Counted from the stretch's first letter, positions 1 through 9,510 are shown. The stretch is DNA of 34,484 bases from an uncultured Nitrospinaceae bacterium (GCA_964005815.1 CAXFSR010000034.1:1-34484), one strand, 5' to 3'. Numbers and translations are program-made. Notes: generated by a model not told the origin, from the letters alone.

Positions 1-670
1 CAACCTTGTCTGGACGGTTAGGCCACGCAGAATTATTCCACCAAAGAGGGTTCGTTCTAAACACCATCTTTTGGTTCTTCTGCCAGTCACTACTTACCAA
101 AGTATAAGGACCTGATCCGTGAGTGTTTCTGGAAACATATGCAGTAAGTTTCCTGCCTTTAAGTCCAAGTTCCTTGATTTTGTGACTGATTGGATGCGCA
201 TAACGTGTTAAGTTTGATTCAAGACCATTATCCGCTTTATGGTTGATCCAACGAAGAGTATATTTATCTATACATTCCGCTTTTTTTGTAGGTCTAAAGA
301 AATAAGCCTGACGTTTTGAACCTTTCACTCTATTGAGAGCAAAAACAGCGTTCGAACAGTCCATTTTAGAGCCGTCAGAGAAACGTACACCTTTTCTCAA
401 CTTAAAAATTACTTCTTTATGACTTTTCTTTGCCCAGCTTGTTGCCAACCATCCTTCTTTCTTACCTGTTTTTGTGCTCACGTTTAGAAGAGAATCATAA
501 GCCCATCTCCAAACCATAGCGCCAACATAGTTGGACACTTTGTGTGGATCCATTGTGGGGGGCTCACCCCTAAGCGCGATAGTTACTGTGCCGCCTGCAT
601 CTACAGTTTGTACGGGCATAACAACCGCAAAACTCAGCAACAGGATAGCTAAAACAAACAATTTCTTCAC
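1..670 (-). CDS. ABC transporter substrate-binding protein, family 5 (DppA/OppA-like), truncated at the left window edge
   Basis: Not in the ORF track. Manual translation from GTG at 670 (GGAGG RBS upstream) gives MKKLFVLAILLLSFAVVMPVQTVDA (signal peptide), then GTVTIALRGEPPTMDPH, LATSW, FKLRKGVRFSDGS and GSGPY, all family-5 SBP motifs. The frame stays open to the edge. Confidence 0.9.
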   Translation of the reverse strand, partial: MKKLFVLAILLLSFAVVMPVQTVDAGGTVTIALRGEPPTMDPHKVSNYVGAMVWRWAYDSLLNVSTKTGKKEGWLATSWAKKSHKEVIFKLRKGVRFSDGSKMDCSNAVFALNRVKGSKRQAYFFRPTKKAECIDKYTLRWINHKADNGLESNLTRYAHPISHKIKELGLKGRKLTAYVSRNTHGSGPYTLVSSDWQKNQKMVFRTNPLWWNNSAWPNRPDKV

Positions 671-698
671 TTTTGCTACCTCCATTTAGAAAAAAAGC

Positions 699-717
699 TC
701 CTGCTTAAAAAGCAGGA
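699..717. promoter_or_regulatory. Inverted repeat in the leader of the SBP gene (5' hairpin or operator)
   Basis: TCCTGCTT-aaa-AAGCAGGA is a perfect 8-bp IR ~30 nt upstream of the GTG start. Confidence 0.35.
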
Positions 718-957
718 TGTAAAAAAACCAACACAATATTGAATATTTAGGGAATTCTAAACTTCTCTAAAGATATAGTCAATACGTTATTTTTAAAGAG
801 ACGATTCAATTTATTAAATAGATTTTTAGAATATGTACCTGCTCATTTTTTTTACTTGGTGTGATACCATATATCTATCAAATATTCTCTTATGATTTTA
901 AAGTAATTCTTTTATAAAAATTTTTCTCTTAATTTTGTAAATGGAAGGAAGGCACGT

Positions 958-2145
958 ATGGCGGAAGAAAAAATTATAGGTTCTTGGTTTCGATATTTCC
1001 CAGATCATTACCTTTGGTCTCAGTTAATGAGTGGGGAGATTAATTTATCTCCAATGGGAGGGACAAATTTCTACGAAGTAGATCAGATAGGAAAAAGGCT
1101 TGAAGGCAAGGTTGGTGATGCTGAGGCATGGCATGAGGCATGGTTGTGGATGGCTGATAAAACACTCGAACTTGCAGAAGAAGAGGAAAAAAGAGGGCAT
1201 TTGCGAACTTCTGCAAGTGCTTATATACGAAGTGCAATATACCGCTATACTTGCGAGCGTTTTGTGCATCCAGATGATCCCAGAAAAGTACAGTCCTATC
1301 GTGATTTGTTGCCTCATTATGAGAAAGGCATGAAGTATCTTGTTTCTGGATTTGAGCGTGTAGAAGTGCCTTATGAAGACACAACCCTATCGGCATATTG
1401 GCTGCCTCCTCAATCTGAAGATAATACAAATCCTGCGGTCGCTTTTTTCGATGGACTGGATGGATCTAAAGAGTTTACTGTTTTGTGGGGCGGTTTATCT
1501 TTAATTGAAAAAGGGATTGGTGTTTTATGCGTGGACGGACCTGGTCAGGGAGAGACTTTAAGATTGAAGAATATCCCTAGTAGGCATGATTATGAAGTTG
1601 CAGGAACTGCGGCATTTGATTTTCTTGAAAAGAAAGAGGAAGTGGACTCCTCTAGAATAGGTGTGATGGCTATGAGTATGGGAGGATATTATGCGCCTCG
1701 TATTGCAGCTTTTGAACATCGTTATAGTGCTTGTTTGACTTGGGGCGCGCATTTTGATTACCACGAAGTGTGGGTACATAGACGAAAAATTCTCGAAACT
1801 GGCGGCACGATTTCATCATCTGCAATGTGGCAATTGCCCTGGGTTTTAGGAACTCCCGATATGGATAGTGCCATGGAGAAATGTAAAAATTATACATTGG
1901 CAGGAGTAGCCGAAAAAATTAAAATGCCCATCATGATTACCCATGGACAGGACGACAATATTGTTCCTGTTGATATGGCGCATCGTTTGTACGAGGCCTG
2001 TGGTTCAAAAGAGAAAGGTTTGAAGATTTTCACGGTGGAAGATGGAGGAAGCCAGCACTGTGTAATTGATAATCTTTCTATGGCATCGAATTGGATTTCC
2101 GATTGGTGGATGGACCAATTTGGAACTGAAGATATTTTAAATTAA
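958..2145 (+). CDS. Alpha/beta hydrolase, 2,6-dihydroxypseudooxynicotine hydrolase/FrsA-like (paralogue 1)
   Basis: N-terminal helical domain, FDGLDGSKE, DGPGQGE, nucleophile elbow AMSMGGYYAPR, HGQDD (Asp) and QHC (His). Confidence 0.85.
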   Translation: MAEEKIIGSWFRYFPDHYLWSQLMSGEINLSPMGGTNFYEVDQIGKRLEGKVGDAEAWHEAWLWMADKTLELAEEEEKRGHLRTSASAYIRSAIYRYTCERFVHPDDPRKVQSYRDLLPHYEKGMKYLVSGFERVEVPYEDTTLSAYWLPPQSEDNTNPAVAFFDGLDGSKEFTVLWGGLSLIEKGIGVLCVDGPGQGETLRLKNIPSRHDYEVAGTAAFDFLEKKEEVDSSRIGVMAMSMGGYYAPRIAAFEHRYSACLTWGAHFDYHEVWVHRRKILETGGTISSSAMWQLPWVLGTPDMDSAMEKCKNYTLAGVAEKIKMPIMITHGQDDNIVPVDMAHRLYEACGSKEKGLKIFTVEDGGSQHCVIDNLSMASNWISDWWMDQFGTEDILN

Positions 2146-2171
2146 TTTAAATTACAAAATGGGGACAGAAA

Positions 2172-2570
2172 ATGACAGAAGAAACCAGAGAAGAAAAAGT
2201 GAAGCGTATTACAGAGAGGATCCATGGAGACAGAGGATTCGTTTATGATGTTCTTGGTTTTGGTGCAGAATTAGATCCCGAATATTTTGAAGTGTACTCA
2301 CAGATGCACTGGGGGTTCTTTAAAGAGAAGCCGAGGCATTTGGATCCTAAAACAAGAGAATTAATCGAAATAGGTTTGTTGGCTTTTAAAGGCATGAAAC
2401 ACGAAGTTTATACTCATACGAAGAAAGCTCTCCGATTGGGAGCTACAATGGAAGAAGCTTTAGAAGCATTTGAAGTAGCAAGTATAGGAGGGGGAGCCCC
2501 TGTTTTGATGGAGGGCTTATATGCACTAAAGAGAATTCATGATGAACAAAACGAAGAAAATGAGAAGTAA
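2172..2570 (+). CDS. Carboxymuconolactone decarboxylase (CMD/AhpD-like) family protein, no CxxC
   Basis: LDPKTRELIEIG...H...ALRLGATMEEALE...GGGAP matches the CMD pattern. The protein has no cysteines. Confidence 0.8.
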   Translation: MTEETREEKVKRITERIHGDRGFVYDVLGFGAELDPEYFEVYSQMHWGFFKEKPRHLDPKTRELIEIGLLAFKGMKHEVYTHTKKALRLGATMEEALEAFEVASIGGGAPVLMEGLYALKRIHDEQNEENEK

Positions 2571-2669
2571 ATTCTGAATAGTTTATGTTTTGCAGTTGCG
2601 TAAATGGCGAATTTTGATTATTCATGTTGAATTCATACATTCTGTGTAATTTTATTTCGAGGGGCAAAA

Positions 2670-3635
2670 ATGCCACTAGAAAAGAATCTAACAAAAGAAG
2701 AGCTTGGAGAAATTTACCAGGATATGGTTCGAATACGTTGTTTTGAAGAAAAGGCGTACGAGCTATTTAAACTTGGAAAGGTTGTAGGTGGAATTCATGT
2801 AAGTGTAGGCCAAGAAGCATGTTCTGTTGGTGTGTGTTCTTTGTTGAACGAAAACGATGGAATTTTAACCACTCACCGAGGACATGGACATTCCATAGCA
2901 AAAGGCACTCGTCTTCCTGAGATGATGGCTGAACTTTATGGAAAAACTACGGGTCTTTGTAGATCAAAAGGCGGTTCGATGCATATTGCCGATGTTTCGA
3001 AAGGGCACTACGGTGCACACTCAATAGTAGGTTCGAATATGCCCATGGCGGCAGGAGTTGGTCTTGCATATCATTTTGAAAAAAAACAGCAAGTAGTCGT
3101 TGTTTTTTTTGGAGATGGAGCTGCTAATCAAGGGAGTTTTCATGAATCTATGAATCTATGTGCTATTTGGAAACTACCAGTTATCTTTTTTTGTGAAAAT
3201 AATCATTACGCCTCAAGTACTCAAGTTGAATATGCCAGTTCTGTCGAGGATATCAGTGTTCGTGCGCAGAGTTACAATGTCCCGGGGGTAACGGTAAATG
3301 GAATGGATGTGTTGGAAGTTCGTGAAGTTGCGAACCAAGCTATTGAAAGAGCTCGAAAGGGAGAAGGACCAACTTTAATTGAGGGAAAAACTTATCGTTT
3401 TTACGGACATTCTAGATCTGATCCCAAGTTTGGTTTATATCGCAGTGAAAAAGAGTGGGATAAATGGAAAGAACGTGATCCACTTCTTATTGCAGAAGAA
3501 AAATTGGGGATTTCTCCCGAAGAGAAAATAAAACATTGGGATATAGTAGAAAAACAAATTTCGGATGCTGTTGCTTTTGCCGAATCCAGTCCGGAACCTT
3601 CTGATGATGAAGTTTTTGAAGATCTTTATGCATAA
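2670..3635 (+). CDS. ThDP-dependent dehydrogenase E1 alpha subunit (AcoA/PdhA-like)
   Basis: GQEA, THRGHGH, KGGSMH, the ThDP motif GDGAANQG...ENN and TYRFYGHS. Confidence 0.92.
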   Translation: MPLEKNLTKEELGEIYQDMVRIRCFEEKAYELFKLGKVVGGIHVSVGQEACSVGVCSLLNENDGILTTHRGHGHSIAKGTRLPEMMAELYGKTTGLCRSKGGSMHIADVSKGHYGAHSIVGSNMPMAAGVGLAYHFEKKQQVVVVFFGDGAANQGSFHESMNLCAIWKLPVIFFCENNHYASSTQVEYASSVEDISVRAQSYNVPGVTVNGMDVLEVREVANQAIERARKGEGPTLIEGKTYRFYGHSRSDPKFGLYRSEKEWDKWKERDPLLIAEEKLGISPEEKIKHWDIVEKQISDAVAFAESSPEPSDDEVFEDLYA

Positions 3636-3650
3636 GGATTAATCAAACGT

Positions 3651-4625
3651 ATGGAAATAACATTTGCAGAAGCTTTAAATCAAGCTATGTCAGAAGAAAT
3701 GGAAAGAGATGAAAAGGTCTTCTTGATGGGAGAAGATGTTGCTTTATCTGAAATTTCGCCTGCTACTGCTGGTCTTTCTGAAAGCTTTGGAACAGAAAGA
3801 GTAAGAAATACTCCTATTAGCGAACTTGGATTTACAGGTGCTGCAGTCGGTGCAGCCATGGCAGGATATCGTCCTATTTTAGATATGCGACGAATTGATT
3901 TTATGATGTTGTCTATAGATCAAATAGCAAATCAGGCTGCTAAATTAAGATATATGTTAGGAGGGCAAGTTTCCATTCCACTAGTGATACGTGCACCTGA
4001 AGGTGGAGGAGTGCAAAATGGTCCTACGCACAGTCAGTGTCTTGAATCCTGGTTTTTGCAAGTTCCAGGTTTAAGGGTTGTTGTCCCTAGTGGTCCGAAA
4101 GATGCTAAAGGACTTTTGAAAACCTCGATTCGTGATGACAATCCAGTTTTGTTTGTTGAATACCGACAGCTATATTCAAACAAAGAAGATGTTCAAGAAG
4201 GTGACTACACAATCCCTTTTTCTTCTGCCAGCACAAAAAAAGAAGGAAAAGACGTTACTCTTATTGGTCTTGGTTCTCAAGTTGGAAATTGTATGTCTGC
4301 AGCTGTTGAGTTAGAGAAAATCGGAATCAGTGCAGAAGTAATGGATCCTAGAACTATTAGTCCTTTAGATGTGGATGGTTTGTCAGCATCAGTTGTAAAG
4401 ACAGGAAACTGCGTGATTGTTGAAGAAGGACATAAGCACGGAGGAGTCGGGGCAGAAATCCTTTCTTCGATTCAATCGAAATGTTTTTCTTCTCTAAAAG
4501 CACCAATTGAAAGAGTGGCAGCACTTGATGTTCCTATTCCTGTGCAAACCAAGTTAGAAAAAATCGTTCTTCCTAATTCAGAAAAGATAATTGCTGCGGC
4601 AAAAACAGTTCTAAACTATTCTTGA
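3651..4625 (+). CDS. ThDP-dependent dehydrogenase E1 beta subunit (AcoB/PdhB-like)
   Basis: GEDV, RNTPISE (catalytic Glu), THSQ, DAKGLL, DPRTISPLD and a transketolase C-terminal fold. Confidence 0.92.
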   Translation: MEITFAEALNQAMSEEMERDEKVFLMGEDVALSEISPATAGLSESFGTERVRNTPISELGFTGAAVGAAMAGYRPILDMRRIDFMMLSIDQIANQAAKLRYMLGGQVSIPLVIRAPEGGGVQNGPTHSQCLESWFLQVPGLRVVVPSGPKDAKGLLKTSIRDDNPVLFVEYRQLYSNKEDVQEGDYTIPFSSASTKKEGKDVTLIGLGSQVGNCMSAAVELEKIGISAEVMDPRTISPLDVDGLSASVVKTGNCVIVEEGHKHGGVGAEILSSIQSKCFSSLKAPIERVAALDVPIPVQTKLEKIVLPNSEKIIAAAKTVLNYS

Positions 4626-5596
4626 GATTTTATTTCGTTTCTTAAAATACCTATGTGTTCAACCTCACATTCCACGACATCTCCCGGTTTTAGGAAGTAA
4701 GGTTCGGGATCTTCGTGTTCATGTGCTACACCACAAAAAGTTCCAGATGAAATTATATCTCCAGGTTCAAGAGTCATTTGGCTATAAAAAGAGATAAGAA
4801 CTGGAATTTTAAAAATCATATCCGTTAATTTTTCATTTTGTCTTATATCTCCATTGACTCTGCACTCAACGTGGAGACTTTCTGGGTTAGGCACTTCGTC
4901 GGCAGTTACAATATAAGGCCCAATAGGATTAGTTGTATCAAAATTTTTTCCTAAAAATACTCCTCCAAGAGCATCATTTTTCTGAACCTCTCTAGCCGTT
5001 ATGTCGTTATAAACGGTGTAGCCCATAATCACATCAAATGCATTTTCAACAGGAACATCCTTACAGGTAGTTCCAATTATAATTGCTACTTCTACTTCGT
5101 AATCTAATTTTTGTGTTTGTTTTGGATATAGAACTGCATCTTCATGTCCTATGAGGGTTGAAGAAAAACGTGGTGCTCCAGGAACATTGGCTGGAACTTT
5201 GTTTCCTGTGTTTTCAACGTGTTTATTTGAATTTAATCCTGTATGAAGGAATTTTCCTGGTCTTGGAATAGGTGGTCTAAGACGTACCATGTTCGAGTCA
5301 ATAATACATTTTTCTTTTTCCGGTCCTAGTACATCCTTATTTTTTGCAGATTCCTCTTCTGCGTATTGAAGGGCTAAACTTGCTATTTCTAAGGATTTTT
5401 TTTCACCACACAAAAATTCACGCATATCCCTTGGAATAAGAGCATTTGCAACAGGGTAGGGACGAGGTTCGTTCTGGGTATTAAGATATGCTGCATAACA
5501 AAGTCGCAAATCTGCTATCTTGCCATCTGATAAAACTAGTCCTAGTCGATCTCCTGAAGAACCAGAAGAAAGATTTCGATATGTTGCTAATTTCAT
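4616..5596 (-). CDS. Fumarylacetoacetate hydrolase (FAH) family protein
   Basis: GLN..H, LDYEVE, YNDITAR, GKNFDT, IGPYIVT and TLEPGDII. Overlaps the E1 beta 3' end by 10 bp. Confidence 0.92.
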   Translation of the reverse strand: MKLATYRNLSSGSSGDRLGLVLSDGKIADLRLCYAAYLNTQNEPRPYPVANALIPRDMREFLCGEKKSLEIASLALQYAEEESAKNKDVLGPEKEKCIIDSNMVRLRPPIPRPGKFLHTGLNSNKHVENTGNKVPANVPGAPRFSSTLIGHEDAVLYPKQTQKLDYEVEVAIIIGTTCKDVPVENAFDVIMGYTVYNDITAREVQKNDALGGVFLGKNFDTTNPIGPYIVTADEVPNPESLHVECRVNGDIRQNEKLTDMIFKIPVLISFYSQMTLEPGDIISSGTFCGVAHEHEDPEPYFLKPGDVVECEVEHIGILRNEIKSQE

Positions 5597-5641
5597 AAAA
5601 AATCCTTTTTATAGTTAATTTATAAATAAAGCTTATAGCTA

Positions 5642-6565
5642 TTAAGCATGTTGCAGATTAAGTTTTTTAACAATCGTATTTTCAAAACCATGAACTGGAT
5701 CAACGAGATCCATGCCAGACTCAATTTCAATTTTATTTTTGTCAATATCTTCAAAATAATATCTTAGCCAACCAGTCCATCCTCTAAATGGTTCTCGTAT
5801 AATCGGTATATCTTTACTAGAAATAAAATCATGAATAGACAAAACAGTATCGTTGTCTTTTACCCTAAATGCAATTTGTTGCAGGTCACTGATTTTTTCT
5901 TTTCGTGAACATTCACAGAGTATAAGCTTTATCTCTCCTTGGGCATCTGACAATGCATTTTTTCTATTGGAACCTGTTGAGTCTACAAAATCTTTCTGTT
6001 TTTGCATTCCAAAAACATCTTTATACCAATTTGCAGCAGTATTTATATCTTCAGAATTTATAGACAAATGGGACAAGGCGTCTATGGGCGCATAGGCTGA
6101 TTTATTGTTGTCTATTGCGAATTCTTCATCCTTTTTTTTAGGACTGTTTAGGATTTCTATTAGGTTTCCGTCTGGATCTGAAATTATAAATCCCGGACAT
6201 TGAAAAAAAGGATGCATAAACAATTTTTCGGCAAACACTAAATTTTGGTTTTGTAAATTTTTGTAAGAAATTTGAAAGTTATTTTCAGAATATATTTTAA
6301 ATGAAATTTTATGAAGATTTGATTTTGTTTTGTTTGAATTTAAAATTTTCATTTCGGAAGGTAACTGAACCAATGTAAGATCATGGTGTAGTTCACTATA
6401 TCGCATCCAGGAAATTCCGTCTGGAGCTACAAGAGCTTCTTTCTCGTTTCCAGGGGGGAGATAATCAGATACTTTAAATCCGAGGAATTGGTTATACCAT
6501 GCTATTGTTTTTTCAAGATCGTTAGTAAAAAGACCAAAATGATCCATTTTAGCTTCTATAGGCAC
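5642..6565 (-). CDS. Two-domain VOC (glyoxalase/extradiol dioxygenase) family protein
   Basis: DHFGL...WYNQFLGFKVSD...HHDLTL...DPDGNLIEI, then a second domain SHLSI...LQQIAF...YFEDIDKNKIEIE. GTG start. Confidence 0.82.
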   Translation of the reverse strand: MPIEAKMDHFGLFTNDLEKTIAWYNQFLGFKVSDYLPPGNEKEALVAPDGISWMRYSELHHDLTLVQLPSEMKILNSNKTKSNLHKISFKIYSENNFQISYKNLQNQNLVFAEKLFMHPFFQCPGFIISDPDGNLIEILNSPKKKDEEFAIDNNKSAYAPIDALSHLSINSEDINTAANWYKDVFGMQKQKDFVDSTGSNRKNALSDAQGEIKLILCECSRKEKISDLQQIAFRVKDNDTVLSIHDFISSKDIPIIREPFRGWTGWLRYYFEDIDKNKIEIESGMDLVDPVHGFENTIVKKLNLQHA

Positions 6566-6576
6566 TAGAAATCCTT

Positions 6577-7509
6577 TTAATGAAATAAATTTAACCTTTT
6601 AATAACTTCATACTCACTTCCATAACTATCTGCGACAGATTTCATTCCGGTTTCTATTTCAATTTTTATTTTGTCCATGTCCAGGAAGTAGAATTTTGTT
6701 CCACTACTCCAGTTCTGTGGTCTGGGAGCCTGCACAATTTCGACCTTATTTTTTACAAGAAGATCATGTGAATCTAAGAGAACTTCTTCACTTTTAACCT
6801 TTAGTGCTATTTGTTGCAGGGTCCCCCGACCTGCAAAAGAAAGATTTTTTTTTAGAGATTCTTTAGGAATCTGATCGATTATAAGTTTTACATCTCCTTG
6901 TGTATTAGTCATTTTAATAGAATCTTTTTCAAAGTTGATTTTTTCTTTAAAGTTTAAATTTTTTTCATACCATTGTTTTGCAATTTCTGTATCTCTAGAC
7001 CAAATTGTAATATGTGAAAGGGAATTGATTTGAGAAAAATGCGATTCTTCTTTTCTTCTTACTATAGAAGGATGATGTAGGATTCTAATCTTATTTTTGT
7101 CTGGATCTTTGGTAGTAAATTGTGAGGTTTTGGATATCGGATCAAATTTTATTTCGCTTGTAATTTGCGATGTAGGTAGATGGTCGTAAATTTTCACAAG
7201 TGCATTTTTGGAGTTTGTATAGAAGCAAATTTCTTTTAAATTTGAAATCACTTCCTTTTCATTTAGATTCACTGTTTCATCGGGGACTTGGATAAGTGTT
7301 AAGTCATGGTGCCATTTGCCATATCTCATCCATGCTATTCCATCAGGTGCTACTGGTTCTTCGGTATTTCCTTTTGGAAGATAATCTGAAAGTTTAAACC
7401 CTAAGTGTTGGTTATACCAATGAATAGTTTCGTCTAGATTCTGAACATATAGCCCAAGATGATCCAACTCAACGTCAATGCTTATCGCTTCTTCATTTTT
7501 AGGAGACAT
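6577..7509 (-). CDS. Two-domain VOC family protein, tandem paralogue of 5642-6565
   Basis: DHLGL...WYNQHLGFKLSD...HHDLTL...DPDKNKI, then SHITI...LQQIAL...FYFLDMDKIKIEIE. Confidence 0.82.
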   Translation of the reverse strand: MSPKNEEAISIDVELDHLGLYVQNLDETIHWYNQHLGFKLSDYLPKGNTEEPVAPDGIAWMRYGKWHHDLTLIQVPDETVNLNEKEVISNLKEICFYTNSKNALVKIYDHLPTSQITSEIKFDPISKTSQFTTKDPDKNKIRILHHPSIVRRKEESHFSQINSLSHITIWSRDTEIAKQWYEKNLNFKEKINFEKDSIKMTNTQGDVKLIIDQIPKESLKKNLSFAGRGTLQQIALKVKSEEVLLDSHDLLVKNKVEIVQAPRPQNWSSGTKFYFLDMDKIKIEIETGMKSVADSYGSEYEVIKRLNLFH

Positions 7510-7625
7510 GACGAAATTGTATTATAAATATGAGCATGTGTATACGATTGTTTTTTTGATAAAAGCAAGGTAGAGTCTTAGGATTAATAATTTAAATTTA
7601 CTTAGATTCTTTTTTTGGGTTTTGT

Positions 7626-8567
7626 ATGAAGACATATATTATTAGAAGGTCTCTTCAGAGTATCGTAGTGTTTTGCGCAATTCTAGTCATCATTTTTTCT
7701 ATGTTGTGGTTAACAGGGAACCCAGCGGAAGTTCTTTTGCCAGTAGATGCTGACCAAGAGGCTATTGATGCTCTTAGTAAAGAAATGGGTTTTGATCAGC
7801 CTTTATACATTCAATTTGGTTATTATCTCTTTGGAAATCCACATCAAGGAACCGGTGGTCTTATACGAGGAGATTTTGGTATTTCTTCTAATCATGAGAT
7901 AGATGCTCTTGAATTAGTTTTGTCCCATTTTCCTAATACGATAACATTGGCAGTTTGTGCTGTATGTATTGCGGTTATCTTATCTATACCACTCGGAGTT
8001 CTTTCAGCTACTTTTAGAAATACCTGGATTGATTATTCGAGTTCTGTTTGTGCTATGTTTGGCCAGTCTATGCCAAATTTTTGGTTTGGTCTTCTTTTAA
8101 TTTTATTTTTTGCTGTTTGGTGGAAGGTCCTCCCTACGTCTGGGTATGAAGACTGGACTTATTTGATATTGCCTTCGGCAACTGCTGGAATATATGCTAC
8201 AGCAAGGATTACACGTATGGTCCGCTCTCAAATGCTAGATGTGCTCGAAATGGATTATGTACGTACCGCGCGTTCTAAGGGTTTGATTGAGTACGTCGTT
8301 ATTATCTACCATGCGCTTAAAAATGCTTCCATTCCAATTGTTACTTTGATTGGCCTAGAACTTGGTATTTTGCTTGGTGGAACCGTTGTTACAGAAACGA
8401 TTTTCTCTTTTCCAGGAGTTGGGTATTTAGTTGTAGATGCAATTGCGACTCAAGACTTTCCTGTTGTGCAGGCTGCTGTTGCCCTATTGTCTTTGAGTTT
8501 TGTATTCGTGAATTTATTTGTTGATATTTTATATGCTTGGCTTGATCCAAGAATTTCGTATTCTTAG
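7626..8567 (+). CDS. dppB: ABC peptide/nickel-type transporter permease (DppB-like)
   Basis: YIIRR N-terminus, GFDQPLYIQ, RGDFGIS, EAA loop DYVRTARSKGL and ETIFSFPGVG. Confidence 0.9.
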   Translation: MKTYIIRRSLQSIVVFCAILVIIFSMLWLTGNPAEVLLPVDADQEAIDALSKEMGFDQPLYIQFGYYLFGNPHQGTGGLIRGDFGISSNHEIDALELVLSHFPNTITLAVCAVCIAVILSIPLGVLSATFRNTWIDYSSSVCAMFGQSMPNFWFGLLLILFFAVWWKVLPTSGYEDWTYLILPSATAGIYATARITRMVRSQMLDVLEMDYVRTARSKGLIEYVVIIYHALKNASIPIVTLIGLELGILLGGTVVTETIFSFPGVGYLVVDAIATQDFPVVQAAVALLSLSFVFVNLFVDILYAWLDPRISYS

Positions 8568-8583
8568 GAAGTAAGGACACTAA

Positions 8584-9510
8584 ATGGCAACCGCTAGCGC
8601 CGATCAAAAAAATCTAACTAATGAAGAAATAGAAGATGTTCGAGGACCAACAGATTTTCAGTTGGCAATGCATGAGCTTAAGGGTAGGCCTCCTGCAATT
8701 CTTGCACTTATTATTGTTTTTACGGTAATAACACTTGCTTTTATTCCAGGTGTTTTTGCTCCGCATGATCCTCTTATACAGAATTTGGATACGCATTTAC
8801 TTCCCCCTGGTAGTGAAGTTAAAGGCAATTACTACGCACTTGGCACAGATCATCTAGGGAGAGATGTTTTAAGTAGAATTATATGGGGATCCAGAATCTC
8901 ATTAATCGTTGGAGTTACAGCAGTTATCTTTAGTGGTTTGATTGGGATTTCCATTGGAATAATGGCGGGTTTTTTTGGTGGTTGGATAGACACAGTTTGC
9001 AGCAGAGCCTTAGACACTTTAATTTCGATTCCATTTATACTTCTTGCTATTAGTATTGTAGCAATACTTGGTCCTAGTCTTGAGGTAATAGTTTCGGTTA
9101 TTGCTCTTCGAACCTGGATTGTTTATGCAAGAGTTGTGAGAGGGGAAGTGCTTGCTCTAAAAGAAAACGAGTTTGTAGTTGGAGCAAGGGCGGTAGGGTG
9201 TAAAACTTTAAGAATTTTATTTTTGTATCTTCTTCCAAACGTCGTTTCTTCTTGTATTGTTATAGCTACACTTTATCTTGGAAGAATGATTATTATTGAA
9301 GCATCTTTGTCATTTCTTGGTTTGGGTGTGCCTCCGCCTACTCCTACATGGGGAGGCATTTTAGCTGATGGAAGAGGGTATATTGACACCTCTTGGTGGA
9401 TAACATTTTTCCCAGGCCTTGTTCTTATGTTAACGGTTTTGTCAGTAAATCTTTTAGGTGATTACGTTAGAGATGTGTTAGATCCTAGAATGAAAAGAAA
9501 TGTAGATTAA
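8584..9510 (+). CDS. dppC: ABC peptide/nickel-type transporter permease (DppC-like)
   Basis: LGTDHLGRDVLSRIIWGSRISL, EFVVGARAVG, EASLSFLGLG, PTWGGIL and RDVLDPR. Confidence 0.9.
   Translation: MATASADQKNLTNEEIEDVRGPTDFQLAMHELKGRPPAILALIIVFTVITLAFIPGVFAPHDPLIQNLDTHLLPPGSEVKGNYYALGTDHLGRDVLSRIIWGSRISLIVGVTAVIFSGLIGISIGIMAGFFGGWIDTVCSRALDTLISIPFILLAISIVAILGPSLEVIVSVIALRTWIVYARVVRGEVLALKENEFVVGARAVGCKTLRILFLYLLPNVVSSCIVIATLYLGRMIIIEASLSFLGLGVPPPTPTWGGILADGRGYIDTSWWITFFPGLVLMLTVLSVNLLGDYVRDVLDPRMKRNVD

Noticed and set aside
1040..1897. Several short ORFs inside hydrolase paralogue 1
   Set aside because: They are nested in a well-supported gene and have no motifs. The same applies to the short nested ORFs elsewhere in the window.
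2670..4625. Assigning pdhA/pdhB or acoA/acoB symbols
   Set aside because: There is no adjacent E2/E3 and the beta-subunit motifs are atypical, so the substrate cannot be determined.
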